Shown here: positions 1 to 9,365 of the stretch, piece by piece | How positions within the stretch are numbered: the stretch's first letter is position 1 | Layout of the letters: every line of letters begins with the position of its first letter | Origin: an uncultured delta proteobacterium | GTDB taxonomy: Bacteria > Desulfobacterota > Binatia > Binatales > Binataceae | Direction of reading: 5' to 3' | Assembly: GCA_963794325.1 (NCBI GenBank) | Contig: CAWCDG010000005.1 | Coordinates: 160,001 to 224,000, forward strand | DNA length: 64,000 nt | Made by a program: the position numbers and the translations under genes | Notes under the pieces: model-generated | The model's database searches: none | Told to the model about the DNA's origin: nothing | The model's input: only the letters and a program-made list of their open reading frames with translations

Positions 1-482
1 AACTTGACGTACTTGCCCTCGAACGACGCGGCGTCTTCGGTCCACAATTTGCGCATCGCGGCGACAATCTCGGCGGTCTCGGTCCATCTATGGGGGAAAT
101 CGACGCCGAACAGATCGCTCTCTTCGCGCAGCCATCCTGCGCCGATGCCGAACAGCACGCGGCCGCCCGAGTATGCGTCCAGCGTCGCGAACTGCTTGGC
201 GAGCGCGAGAGGTTCATGCTCGGGCACGAGGCAGATACCGGTGGCGAGTTTGAGATTCTTGGTGACGGCGGCGGCCATGCTGAGGGAGATCATCTGATCG
301 GCCATCGTGAAGTACTGCGGCGGAATCGGACCGCCGGTGGGGAATAGCTGCTTGGGATTCGCGGGCATCGCGGGATGCTCAGGGACCCAGATCGATTCGA
401 AGCCGAGCGATTCGGCGACGCGCGCGAATTCCGCGGGGTGAGCATTCTTGCCGGTGAAGGGAGTGAGTAGTCCGATTTTCAT
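1..482 (-). CDS. LLM-class (F420-dependent-type) oxidoreductase, runs off the window edge
   Basis: Missing from the ORF track. Manual translation from ATG at 482 gives MKIGLLTPF...AESLGFESIWVPEH...KLATGICLVPEHEPLALAKQFATLDAYSGGRVLFGIGAGWLREE, typical of the luciferase-like superfamily. AGGAGG RBS upstream. Confidence 0.9.
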   Translation of the reverse strand, partial: MKIGLLTPFTGKNAHPAEFARVAESLGFESIWVPEHPAMPANPKQLFPTGGPIPPQYFTMADQMISLSMAAAVTKNLKLATGICLVPEHEPLALAKQFATLDAYSGGRVLFGIGAGWLREESDLFGVDFPHRWTETAEIVAAMRKLWTEDAASFEGKYVK

Positions 483-518
483 GGTGGCCTCCTCGTTTCT
501 AAGGAAGAAAAGATCCCC

Positions 519-685
519 GATTCTTCGTGCGCTCAAGAATGACACAAAAAAAAGAGGACACAAGAAATCGACGTTGCTCAGATGTCGCTTGAATCCAGAA
601 CCCTCACCGCCGGCGGCTACGCCCGCCGGCCGCCTCTCCCGTGAAATGACGGGCGAGGTAAGATTCGCTGCGCTCAGGAGGACAC
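519..685. repeat. Two degenerate direct copies of a GATTCTTCG..GCTCAGAATGACAC-type palindromic repeat (519-545, 661-685)
   Basis: gattcttcgtgcgctcaagaatgacac and agattcgctgcgctcaggaggacac; same family as the pair at 47363-47451. Confidence 0.6.
601..658. repeat. CCCTCACC-(hairpin)-CCTCTCCC..GGGxGAGG palindromic repeat
   Basis: ccctcacc gccggcggctacgcccgccggc cg cctctcccgt gaaatg acgggcgagg; same architecture as the copies at 8213, 9366 and 55316. Confidence 0.7.
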
Positions 686-810
686 AAAAAAAGTTCTCAC
701 GGGGACGAAGTCCCGCATCCTGTCTTTTTCACTGGGTGCAGGGGTCACCCCTGCCCAAGGGTGTGGAACCCACGGTGGGTTCCGCATTCAATCAAGTGAT
801 TTACCCTTCC

Positions 811-1287
811 CTACTCCCAGCCGAAGAAATCTTTTGCGGCGATGAATTTTGCGACGCCGGCGGCTTCGCCTGCCAGGCGGTCGACTTCCTGATCGCCGAC
901 CATGGTTGAGGACGTCAGATCGACGCCGTACATGTCGGCTAGCTCCGTGATCATGCCGCCTTTCGGCTTGCGGCATGCGCAGTGGTCGTCGTCGGTGTGC
1001 GGGCAGATTTGCCATGCCGTCAGAATGCCGCCGAGCTGGTCGTCGAGATCCTCCAATGCGGCTTCCACGTTTTCCGCTTTAAGGCGGCCGCGCGTGATTC
1101 CCGCCTGGTTGGTGACGACAAACATCAGATGGTTGTGCATGGGGCGGAGTTTTTCGGCTACGCCGGGCAGCAGTTCGATTACGATGTTGCCGTTGGCGTC
1201 GAGCGGAATTTCGCGCGACTCGTTGAGCTTGACGAGAGTGCCGCCGAGATCGAAAAACAGCGCCGAGTTGCCATTCGGATTGGCCAT
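811..1287 (-). CDS. HAD-IIIA phosphatase, GmhB/histidinol-phosphatase-like
   Basis: FFDLGGTL, VVTNQAGI, CPH..DDHCACRKPKGGM (Zn site) and MVGD..D motifs; start placed at ATG 1287. Confidence 0.85.
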   Translation of the reverse strand: MANPNGNSALFFDLGGTLVKLNESREIPLDANGNIVIELLPGVAEKLRPMHNHLMFVVTNQAGITRGRLKAENVEAALEDLDDQLGGILTAWQICPHTDDDHCACRKPKGGMITELADMYGVDLTSSTMVGDQEVDRLAGEAAGVAKFIAAKDFFGWE

Positions 1288-1303
1288 TGAAAAAAGCCTT
1301 CGC

Positions 1304-2686
1304 CTAGGCGTGGCGCCAGTCAACGTGGTCGCGAACGTGGGCGAACACTTCGTCCAGGATCTCGACACCCGCCTCGGCTTGCGCTTCAGTGATCACGAGC
1401 GACGGGTTGATTCGAATCTTGGGGAAGTAGGCCATCGTGACCAGCCCACGCTTGAGGCATTCGGCGAAGATCAGCTCGGTGACCTTCTTGCCGAGCAACT
1501 CCTTGGTTTCGAGATCGCGCACCAGCTCGACGCCGATCAGGAGACCCTTGCCGCGGACGTCGCCGATGAACTCGTATTTTTCTTTTAGCTGTACGAGCCG
1601 CGACAGCATCATCGCGCCAACTTTGCGCGAGTTCTCGACCAGGTGCTCGCGCTGAATCGTGCCGATCGTTTCCGAGACCGCGACTGCCGCGAGCGGATTT
1701 CCGCCGTAGCTCGACGATGACGCGCTCGGCTTGCCGAACGGTTCCGCCTTCCCCAGCTCGTCGCTCAGCAGGACTCCCGACACCGGGAAGCCCGAGCCCA
1801 TCCCCTTGCCGACGGTGACGATATCGGGGCGGGTGCCGCTGTGCTCGACGCCCCACCATTTTCCGGTGCGCCCAAAGCCGGTGATCATTTCGTCGGCGAT
1901 CAGCAGCGCGCCGAAATCCTTGGCGACGGATTTAACCGCAGGCAGCCAGTCGTCGGGCGGGATGACGTTGCCGGCGGTGCCCTGCATCGGCTCGGCGACG
2001 ATCGCGGCGAGCGACCCGCCGCTGCTCATCTTGATTTGCTGGCGCGCGAAATCGACGCAGTACAGTCCGCAGTCGGGATACTTCAGCTTGAAGGGGCATC
2101 GATAGCAGTCGGCGTAGGGAACCGTGTACTGGCCGCCTTGCAATGGGCCGTAGCCTTGCTTCGATTCGTCACCGATGAGTCCGAGCACGCCGCCGGTCTT
2201 GCCATGGAAGCCGCCCCAGAAGCTGACAACTTCATGATGGCCGGTTGCGGAACGCGCGAGCCGGAGCGCGGCTTCGACCGCCTCCGCGCCGCCGCTATAT
2301 AGATGTGCGCGATTGAGTCCCGCGGGCGCGACTTCGGCCAGCGCCTTGAAGGCGGCCGCGCGCTCTTTGGTCGCGAAGGTGCCGACCGTCAGCCGCGCCG
2401 CCTGTTTGGACAGCGCCTGCGCCATCCCGGGATGCGCATGGCCGAGACTGGCGACCGCGACGCCCGCAAAGAAATCGACGTAGGTGTTGCCGTCGGCGTC
2501 GGTGAGGGTCGCGCCTTCGCCGTGGTCGAATGCGAGGCCGGCCAGTAGCGAAATTCGCTGGCGGCCGGGGGCGATATACTTCTGTTCGAGGTCGAAGATC
2601 TCTTTCGATTTTGGTCCCGGAACTGCGGTCTTGATCGAAGGAAGTTTTCCGTTGTTACTGTTACCAGTGGTTGTCGTGGTCTTCAA
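1304..2686 (-). CDS. Class III PLP aminotransferase (GabT-like)
   Basis: SGGAEAVEAAL, GGFHGKT, EPMQGTAG, LIADEMITGFGRTG, TVGKGMGSG (PLP lysine). Confidence 0.92.
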   Translation of the reverse strand: MKTTTTTGNSNNGKLPSIKTAVPGPKSKEIFDLEQKYIAPGRQRISLLAGLAFDHGEGATLTDADGNTYVDFFAGVAVASLGHAHPGMAQALSKQAARLTVGTFATKERAAAFKALAEVAPAGLNRAHLYSGGAEAVEAALRLARSATGHHEVVSFWGGFHGKTGGVLGLIGDESKQGYGPLQGGQYTVPYADCYRCPFKLKYPDCGLYCVDFARQQIKMSSGGSLAAIVAEPMQGTAGNVIPPDDWLPAVKSVAKDFGALLIADEMITGFGRTGKWWGVEHSGTRPDIVTVGKGMGSGFPVSGVLLSDELGKAEPFGKPSASSSSYGGNPLAAVAVSETIGTIQREHLVENSRKVGAMMLSRLVQLKEKYEFIGDVRGKGLLIGVELVRDLETKELLGKKVTELIFAECLKRGLVTMAYFPKIRINPSLVITEAQAEAGVEILDEVFAHVRDHVDWRHA

Positions 2687-2727
2687 TTGATGGCGGTCCG
2701 AATCCTTGTTTGAATTTCCGGCGCGGT

Positions 2728-3555
2728 CTAACGCGGGCGGCCGAGCAGACTTATCGCACGGCGCGCGATCGCGCGAGCAGCCGGCGCGCGCACCCGACTG
2801 TAGCTGGGCCAGTCGTTAAAATCGATAATCGCAAACTGATCGCCGCTCAAGACCGCGTCTCCGCCCCATGCGCCCAAGCCCAGCGCCCCGGCTGCCGCGG
2901 AAGCCGCTTCCGACAACGCGCGGACACAGGCCTCGGGGATTTCCTTTTCGTTGTCCTCGGGATGCACGCTGAAATGAGAGCCGCCGCTGACGCCGTAAAA
3001 TTTTATGACGCGGCCGACGACCTCCTGCTGGAGGTAGGCGAAGCGGATTCCTCGACGCGCGAAATCGGCGAGGATCGTTTCGATTTCGGTGCGATCGGCG
3101 GCGCGCTGCACGTCCTCGGGACCGAGCGCGTGCAAGTCCCCGCGCTTGACGAATACGCCCGCCGACAAATCCAGTCCCGCGAGCTTACGCGAGTCGAGTG
3201 GCTCTTCGGCCGGGACTAGCGCGCCTGGCGGAGTCGGCACTCCGGCGCTTTCGAGTCCGGCCGCGAGCAAGTCGCGGTAGCAATTGCGAATCGAGAGCGC
3301 GGAATTAATCGGGATTGCGCCGGCCTGCTCGACTTCGGCCAGCCGCTTGAGAGCGCGCGGCCCCTGGCACATCGGCAGCACGAGATCGGCGCGGATTGGC
3401 GGGCCTGACGCGAAGCTGATCGCGTCGACGGTCTGGACCTCGACGCCCTCGCGCTTCAACTCCGCCATCGTGGCGTCGAGAATCGCGGCGTCGGCCTCGA
3501 CCTTCCCGGGTGAAAACTCGGGTTCCCGATAAATTCCCAAAGCTCGATGGCTCAT
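2728..3555 (-). CDS. ATP-grasp fold protein, ITPK1-like motifs
   Basis: VFVKRGDLH, LQQEVVGRVIKFYGV, LGLGAWGGDAV, IIDFNDWPSY; overlaps the upstream gene by ATGA. Confidence 0.7.
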   Translation of the reverse strand: MSHRALGIYREPEFSPGKVEADAAILDATMAELKREGVEVQTVDAISFASGPPIRADLVLPMCQGPRALKRLAEVEQAGAIPINSALSIRNCYRDLLAAGLESAGVPTPPGALVPAEEPLDSRKLAGLDLSAGVFVKRGDLHALGPEDVQRAADRTEIETILADFARRGIRFAYLQQEVVGRVIKFYGVSGGSHFSVHPEDNEKEIPEACVRALSEAASAAAGALGLGAWGGDAVLSGDQFAIIDFNDWPSYSRVRAPAARAIARRAISLLGRPR

Positions 3556-4277
3556 GGCATCTTCCGTATTGCCAGGCGCGCGGCGTCGAGGTCTGACGCT
3601 TCATCCACGTCGATCGAACCTTCAAGCTCGATCGCATCCAGGCGCATCCCGCGTTCGATGATCAGCGCCAGGAAGCGACGGAGCGCATCGAGTCCCGCGC
3701 GTCGCGCGTCGGCGGCCAAGTCGAAAACCCTGGTCGACAGAACATAGAGTCCCGCCGTGACCATAGAAGTCTGACCTTCGCCCAGCCGCAGGATCAAGCC
3801 ATTCTGTGTTACATCGGCGAAAAGCGGCTTGGCCTCGCCGCGCCATTGCGTGACGGCCAGCACGCCAGCGAAATTTTTATCGCCACATTCCTCGATTTTT
3901 CGAATCGACTCATTAACAAAACTCACCAATTCCATCTGTGGAATTACAGCGTCCACGGTCGATGCGATAAACCATCCGGGCTCGAGCAGCTCGCCGAGTG
4001 CGAGCATCGTTTCCATCGAGTTGGCAGTATCGCGAACGACCAGGCAGAGCGCCGGTGGAATCTCGAGCACCATTTCCTTCGCGCGGCGCGCCGTTTCGGA
4101 ATTGATCACCGCGACGACCGATGACGCACCAGCGTCGAGGAGCGCGCGCGCTTGCCGCGAGAGCATCGCCTCGCCGCCGAGCTGGACGAGCGGCTTGGGG
4201 ATGTCGTCGCGGGTCGAGATGCGCAAACGATCGCCTCGGCCGGCGGCGATGATCGCTCCTTGAAGTGCGATCACCAT
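3552..4277 (-). CDS. Nucleotidyltransferase (NTP_transferase; IPCT/LicC-like)
   Basis: AIIAAGRGDRL...PKPLVQLGG N-terminal motif and C-terminal IDVDEASDL. Confidence 0.85.
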   Translation of the reverse strand: MVIALQGAIIAAGRGDRLRISTRDDIPKPLVQLGGEAMLSRQARALLDAGASSVVAVINSETARRAKEMVLEIPPALCLVVRDTANSMETMLALGELLEPGWFIASTVDAVIPQMELVSFVNESIRKIEECGDKNFAGVLAVTQWRGEAKPLFADVTQNGLILRLGEGQTSMVTAGLYVLSTRVFDLAADARRAGLDALRRFLALIIERGMRLDAIELEGSIDVDEASDLDAARLAIRKMP

Positions 4278-4999
4278 TCGATCAGCGCAACTTCGTCGAT
4301 ACTTCGGATGGTGACGTCGGCGTCGGCGGAATCTTCATCGCGTCGCGGCTCGCTGCATAGCCAGACGGTGCGCATGCCAAGCTTGCGTGCAGGTGCACAA
4401 TCCTTGCTGAGCGAATCGCCGATCATTGCAACCGATTCGGGCGCACATTGTAATTTTTTCAGTGCGGCCTGGTAGATTCCAACTTCGGGTTTAAAAATTT
4501 TGACGCTCGACGAATCAGCGACTGCCGCGAAGAATCGATTCAGCCGCGCTTCTTCGAGGACGCGATCGAGATTTCCGTAGAAGTTGGACACGATGCCCAT
4601 CTTGAAACGGTCTTTTAATGGACCGACGACTTCACGGCTGTGCGAGAGACCGGCCGACGTCTCGCGGACGAAGGATTTGGTGACAGCCTCGACGAATCGA
4701 TGACGCCCGCCCGCGCCGGAATCGTCGAGTACCTTGCGCAGCGGATCGGGACCGCTTTTCCGCAGGTATTCGAATTGATGGCCGACGAGGAAGCGCACCA
4801 GGTCGGTCATCCCGAAGCGCGCGACGACTCTGGTGGCGCCGTAGCCGATTCGCGTCGCATGATCGAAGGCCGGGTCGAGTTCGACGCGCGAGATTTCGAT
4901 TCCGGCGTCGCGGTAACTGGCCAGAAAGCGGTCAAGCCAATGCGCAGGCCCGTCAAGCGTGCCGCCGAAATCGAACAGGAGAGCCGTGATCGTGGCCAT
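4271..4999 (-). CDS. HAD-family hydrolase (class IA)
   Basis: LLFDFGGTLD, GIVSNF, KP..IY, MIGDSLSKDCAPARKLGM. Confidence 0.9.
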   Translation of the reverse strand: MATITALLFDFGGTLDGPAHWLDRFLASYRDAGIEISRVELDPAFDHATRIGYGATRVVARFGMTDLVRFLVGHQFEYLRKSGPDPLRKVLDDSGAGGRHRFVEAVTKSFVRETSAGLSHSREVVGPLKDRFKMGIVSNFYGNLDRVLEEARLNRFFAAVADSSSVKIFKPEVGIYQAALKKLQCAPESVAMIGDSLSKDCAPARKLGMRTVWLCSEPRRDEDSADADVTIRSIDEVALIEW

Positions 5000-5230
5000 G
5001 AAGGGCCAAGTCTATCAGCCGGATTGAGCATCCTCCAGATTCGGTTTCCATCGTTGCTGACCGATCAAACAGGCACTTTTTTGGATAAGAAAAAGACTGG
5101 CCTCGGATGAAAGACGAACTCATAATCAGGGAGTGAGGTTAGTAGCACTACTACTTCCTCTGGCATTACCGCTGTGTTACGGTGGCGCGAGCAACCGAGA
5201 TGGGGGAAACCGGGTTTTAACGAGACGCCA

Positions 5231-6412
5231 TTGATTGAAACTGCTCTAATCGCTGCACCTGACCGCGCGGATAATGCGGTCTTCGGACGCCCGCTTTTGG
5301 AGCGGCTGATGATCAACTGCGAGCGTGCCGGGATTAGACGGTTTGTGGTGGCAGCACCACACAATCGTCATCCGGATGTCGCGCGCGCGATGGGCCGATT
5401 CAAAAATTTGAACACAGTCTCGATGGTCGAATCGTTCGGCGAGATTCTAAATGGCGGTGCGCAGAATTTGGGCATCGACGCGTCGTCGCCGTGCGTGTCG
5501 TTTTCGGGGAACCTGGTATTCGCGAAGTCGCAGCTGAAACGAATACTCGACGCGCATGCCTCCAATCCGCAGTCGATGCATCGGACCGTAAGCGCCGATC
5601 ATGACCACGGCGGGGAAATCGTGACCGGTCCGATCGGCGAGATTCTAAAGAGCGGCGGCATCTCGAACACGGTGTCGATGCCGTCGGCGAGCCTGCTGCC
5701 GTTCGCGCTGAACGGACGCCCTCAGGATCGCGAGGAGGCCGAGCTGCGGCTGGCGAAGTCGATTCGCGAGGAATCGGCGCATAAGGACGCTCCGATGGCG
5801 CGATGGGTGGACCGCAAGATTTCGTGGCGAATCAGCTACTGGCTGGCAACGCAGACGCGCGCCACGCCGAACATGGTCACGGTTACGAATACGATGTTCG
5901 GGCTTTTGTGCGCGTGGATGTTCTCGGTGCCGAATTACTGGATGCGGCTGTTCGCGGCGATTTTCTTTTTGATTTCGATCACGATCGACGGGGTTGACGG
6001 AGAATTGGCGCGGCTCAAAATGATCGAGAGCGATTTCGGCGGCAAGCTCGATGTCTTTACCGACAATATCGTGCATGCCGGGGTATTCGTCGGGCTGCTG
6101 GTCGGATGCTACCGCGTCGAATATAGCCGCGCTTACCTGTATCTGATCCCGATACTACTCGGCGGATTTGCGGCGTGTGCTTATGCGACGTGGCGCGCTT
6201 TCGAAATAAAGGGCGAGCAGGCGGCCCAGTGGCTGGACAAAGTTGATCGATGGAGCGGGCGCGATTTCGCGTACTTGCTCGTGGTATTAGCCTTAATCAA
6301 TCGGATAGAGTTCTTCGCGTGGGGAACAGCCTTCGGCAGCTACGTGTTTGCCGCAGTGCTGATATGGATCACCGGCCAAACCGAATCGTCAATGAAGACT
6401 GAGAGCTTGTAG
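5231..6412 (+). CDS. CDP-alcohol phosphatidyltransferase with a degenerate N-terminal nucleotidyltransferase-like domain
   Basis: TPNMVT and DGVDGELAR...GGKLDVFTD signature, C-terminal TM helices, N-terminal GRPLLERL..AGI. Start uncertain (5174 or TTG 5231). Confidence 0.85.
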   Translation: MIETALIAAPDRADNAVFGRPLLERLMINCERAGIRRFVVAAPHNRHPDVARAMGRFKNLNTVSMVESFGEILNGGAQNLGIDASSPCVSFSGNLVFAKSQLKRILDAHASNPQSMHRTVSADHDHGGEIVTGPIGEILKSGGISNTVSMPSASLLPFALNGRPQDREEAELRLAKSIREESAHKDAPMARWVDRKISWRISYWLATQTRATPNMVTVTNTMFGLLCAWMFSVPNYWMRLFAAIFFLISITIDGVDGELARLKMIESDFGGKLDVFTDNIVHAGVFVGLLVGCYRVEYSRAYLYLIPILLGGFAACAYATWRAFEIKGEQAAQWLDKVDRWSGRDFAYLLVVLALINRIEFFAWGTAFGSYVFAAVLIWITGQTESSMKTESL

Positions 6413-6443
6413 GAAGGAACTGAGGCCTGCAGGCGGAGGAAGT

Positions 6444-7775
6444 ATGAACGGCAAGAAGCCACGAATTCTTTTGGTGCAACCAACCACCGTCCATCTGGAC
6501 GGCACGCCGCACAAGACGCGGTGGCGGCTGATCATGGGGCTGATGATTCCGCTGATGGCGGGACTCACGCCTGACGATTACGACGTGACGCTGTGCGACG
6601 AGCGCCTCGAGAACATCAACTTCGACGGCGGATGGGACCTGGTCGGCATGACGACGACGATTGGCGCGTCGTTGCGCGCGTACCAGCTCGGCGACGAGTT
6701 CCGCAAACGCGGCATCCCGGTCGTGTTCGGCGGCTTCCATGCGACGCTGCAGACCGAAGAAGCGCTGCATCATTGCGACGCAGTCGTGAAGGGCGAGGCC
6801 GACCTGGTCTGGCCCGAGCTGCTGCAGGATTGGCGCGATGGCAAGCTCAAGCAGGTTTACAAGGCCGACAAGGTCCACGATCTGAAGAACCTGCCGCGCC
6901 CGCGTCACGAGCTGCTCAAACTGAATCGCTACCTGTTCAAGGCGGTGCCGGTGCAGGCGAGCCGCGGATGCCCGTACCGATGCTCGTTCTGCGAGATCCC
7001 GGTGTTCTACGACGGCGCCTATCGCACGCGGCCGATCGAGGACATCGTCGAAGAGATCAAGCAGGTCATGAAGGTGACCGGCTTCAAGCGCTTCCAGTTT
7101 ATCGACGATCAGATCACCGGCAAGCACAAGTTCGCGCGCGAGCTGTTCAAGGCGCTCGAGCCACTCAACATCCGCTTCTCATGCTTGTGGACGATCAATT
7201 CGAATCACGACGACGAGCTGCTCGACCTGGCGGCCAAGGCGGGAATCTTCCACGTCAATATCGGCGTGGAATCGATCAGCCAGGACAGCCTGCTGTCGAT
7301 GAACAAGATTCAGAATCACGCGAACCAATACAAGAAGCTGCTCAAGAAGATGGAGAAATACGGGATCTACTACTCGCTGAATTTCCTGTTCGGGCTGGAA
7401 GAGGATCGTCCAGGGGTCTTCGACGACACGCTGAAGTTCCTGCACGAGGTCAAAGCGCCCGAGGCGTTCTTCAACACCGTCACGCCGCGCGTCGGCACGC
7501 CGATGCGCACGCAGCTCGAGAACGAAGGCCGCGTGATTATCCCTGACGCGGATTTGTACACGAATAACTTCCGTTGCATGTTCGTGCCCAAGAACATGTC
7601 GCCGCAGGAAGTCGAAGAAGGCGTGTGGCGATGCACCAAGGAGTTCTACTCGCTGAAGTCGATGTTCCGCCGGCTGCTGATGCCACCGGGCAAGTTCACC
7701 TGGCAGGGCCTGACCGAGAACATGCTCTTCTACTGGGGTGCGAAGCGTCAGATCGATCCGGTTGACTACTATTAG
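6444..7775 (+). CDS. B12-binding radical SAM protein
   Basis: N-terminal cobalamin-type domain (DLVGMT..VVFGGFHAT..GEAD) and SRGCPYRCSFC CxxxCxxC motif. Confidence 0.9.
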   Translation: MNGKKPRILLVQPTTVHLDGTPHKTRWRLIMGLMIPLMAGLTPDDYDVTLCDERLENINFDGGWDLVGMTTTIGASLRAYQLGDEFRKRGIPVVFGGFHATLQTEEALHHCDAVVKGEADLVWPELLQDWRDGKLKQVYKADKVHDLKNLPRPRHELLKLNRYLFKAVPVQASRGCPYRCSFCEIPVFYDGAYRTRPIEDIVEEIKQVMKVTGFKRFQFIDDQITGKHKFARELFKALEPLNIRFSCLWTINSNHDDELLDLAAKAGIFHVNIGVESISQDSLLSMNKIQNHANQYKKLLKKMEKYGIYYSLNFLFGLEEDRPGVFDDTLKFLHEVKAPEAFFNTVTPRVGTPMRTQLENEGRVIIPDADLYTNNFRCMFVPKNMSPQEVEEGVWRCTKEFYSLKSMFRRLLMPPGKFTWQGLTENMLFYWGAKRQIDPVDYY

Positions 7776-7787
7776 GCCGACTCGGAT

Positions 7788-8102
7788 TTGATCCTAAAGA
7801 CCCTTGCGATTCTGATACTGGCCGCAGCGCTCGAAGTAGGCGGGGATGCGCTGGTGCGGATAGGACTGCATAGCTACGGCTACTCGCTGGCAGCCGGTGC
7901 GTTCGCGCTGTTCGCATACGGAATCCTGGTCAATCAAAGCGGCGTCGATTTCAACCGCCTGATGGGAATCTACATCGCGGTGTTCTTCGTGGTGTCGCAG
8001 GCGATCTCGTTCCTGTTCTTCAAGCAAATCCCCGACGACAAAATAATTCTGGGCGGAGGCTTCATAGTAACCGGCGGCCTCGTGATTTTGTTGATGACGT
8101 GA
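7788..8102 (+). CDS. Small 4-TM membrane protein (YnfA/SMR-like)
   Basis: 104 aa, four hydrophobic segments, AALEVGG with a membrane-embedded Glu. Confidence 0.65.
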   Translation: MILKTLAILILAAALEVGGDALVRIGLHSYGYSLAAGAFALFAYGILVNQSGVDFNRLMGIYIAVFFVVSQAISFLFFKQIPDDKIILGGGFIVTGGLVILLMT

Positions 8103-8120
8103 ATCCGGCTCCTTCCGCTC

Positions 8121-8262
8121 CCTCGCCCCATGTGGGGAGAGGGTTGGGGTGAGGGACATTTGTGCGGCGCGGTTCTCTGTTGCGCCGCACATCCGGAATC
8201 TTCAGCAAATTTGGTCCCTCACCCGCCGCTCGAAGACGAGCCGCGACCTCTCCCCACGTGGA
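8121..8262. repeat. Inverted pair of GTCCCTCACC..CCTCTCCC repeats enclosing a hairpin
   Basis: 8121-8157 cctcgccccatgtggggagagggttggggtgagggac; inner hairpin tgtgcggcgc..gcgccgcaca; 8213-8259 ggtccctcacccgccgctcgaagacgagccgcgacctctccccacgt. Confidence 0.75.
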
Positions 8263-8460
8263 GGCAATGATTTCGCTTCCCTCAAGGAAGAGACAAAGAG
8301 TGAGCATCGGCGGCGTTGCACTCTGTTCCGCAACCTAACCCCTACCTGCTCCGTCACCAGACCAAAACTTCACGTCGCATCGATTCGCGCATAGAATCGA
8401 ACGCGCAGAAACCTCTGATCTGTCGGTGAACGCACTTCTTCCGAAAAGCGAGACAAATTC

Positions 8461-9318
8461 ATGATCGAAGCAAAGTACACTCTGGACTACAAACTGATCG
8501 GTACTCAAATCGATCGACTGCTCGAAAGTGTCGTCAATAGGGCTGAGCGAGAATGGCCAAAATCATCGGACCCACCCACTAACGAGGCTTATACGGTAAT
8601 GATTGGCACTTTGCGGAGTGTTGCGAATACCTTTAAGACGGTCCGATACTTGTGCGCAGAAAAATCTCCAGATTGGCGTCACCGTCCGGAGCTCGCTCTC
8701 GCAACACCGCCGCTCGTGCGAACAATTCTCGATTCGTTCTACACGGTTGTTTTTGTATTTGAGGATATTCGTCCTCGTTCGGAATGGTACATGCATTCGG
8801 GATGGAGGGAACTTGCGGAGTATGTTGATCGAGTCAAGCGTGACTACGGTTCAGATCCAGTCTGGAAGGAATACTTAGACGAAACCGTCCCCAGATTGGA
8901 GCAACTTAGAATTATGATCGGTAGGCCGGAAAGCGAGCTAAGGAAGACGATTTGGTGGCCGACACCTCCGCAAATGAAAAACTTTGCTTTGCGCGCTGAT
9001 ACCATCAAGTTTTTCGAATATTTGCGCGATTGGTATTACAAAGAGTTCTCAGCTGTTTCGCATCTTAGCTTGCCAGGTCTCATTCAATCCGTAACGCCGT
9101 TAATGCAAGGTGTCGATGTAGCGAAGGTCGAACAGTTACGCGGTTACTACTTTAAGCAGGTCACAATTTTGTTGATGGCTATCTATTCCGAGTTTGAAGC
9201 TGAGTTAACGCCCGGGGTCTCGGCGGATCTCAAATACGTGTGGCAAATGTTGCACCAGCACTATCCGTTCGCCAAAGAGATTTATCAGCACCGCAACTAC
9301 GATTCCCGACTCAGTTGA
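8461..9318 (+). CDS. Hypothetical protein, possibly DUF5677/HEPN-like
   Basis: 285-aa ORF, visibly more AT-rich than neighbours; helical-looking, with LVRTILDS and YYKEFSAVSH motifs. Family call tentative. Confidence 0.6.
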   Translation: MIEAKYTLDYKLIGTQIDRLLESVVNRAEREWPKSSDPPTNEAYTVMIGTLRSVANTFKTVRYLCAEKSPDWRHRPELALATPPLVRTILDSFYTVVFVFEDIRPRSEWYMHSGWRELAEYVDRVKRDYGSDPVWKEYLDETVPRLEQLRIMIGRPESELRKTIWWPTPPQMKNFALRADTIKFFEYLRDWYYKEFSAVSHLSLPGLIQSVTPLMQGVDVAKVEQLRGYYFKQVTILLMAIYSEFEAELTPGVSADLKYVWQMLHQHYPFAKEIYQHRNYDSRLS

Positions 9319-9365
9319 TTTCGCGGCGGCGCGAGCAGCCCTCTGTCGCATTCGATTTCCTCTAA

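Noticed and set aside
8268-8339. 23-codon ORF after GGAGG
   Set aside because: The apparent RBS is part of the repeat arm and the peptide has no features.
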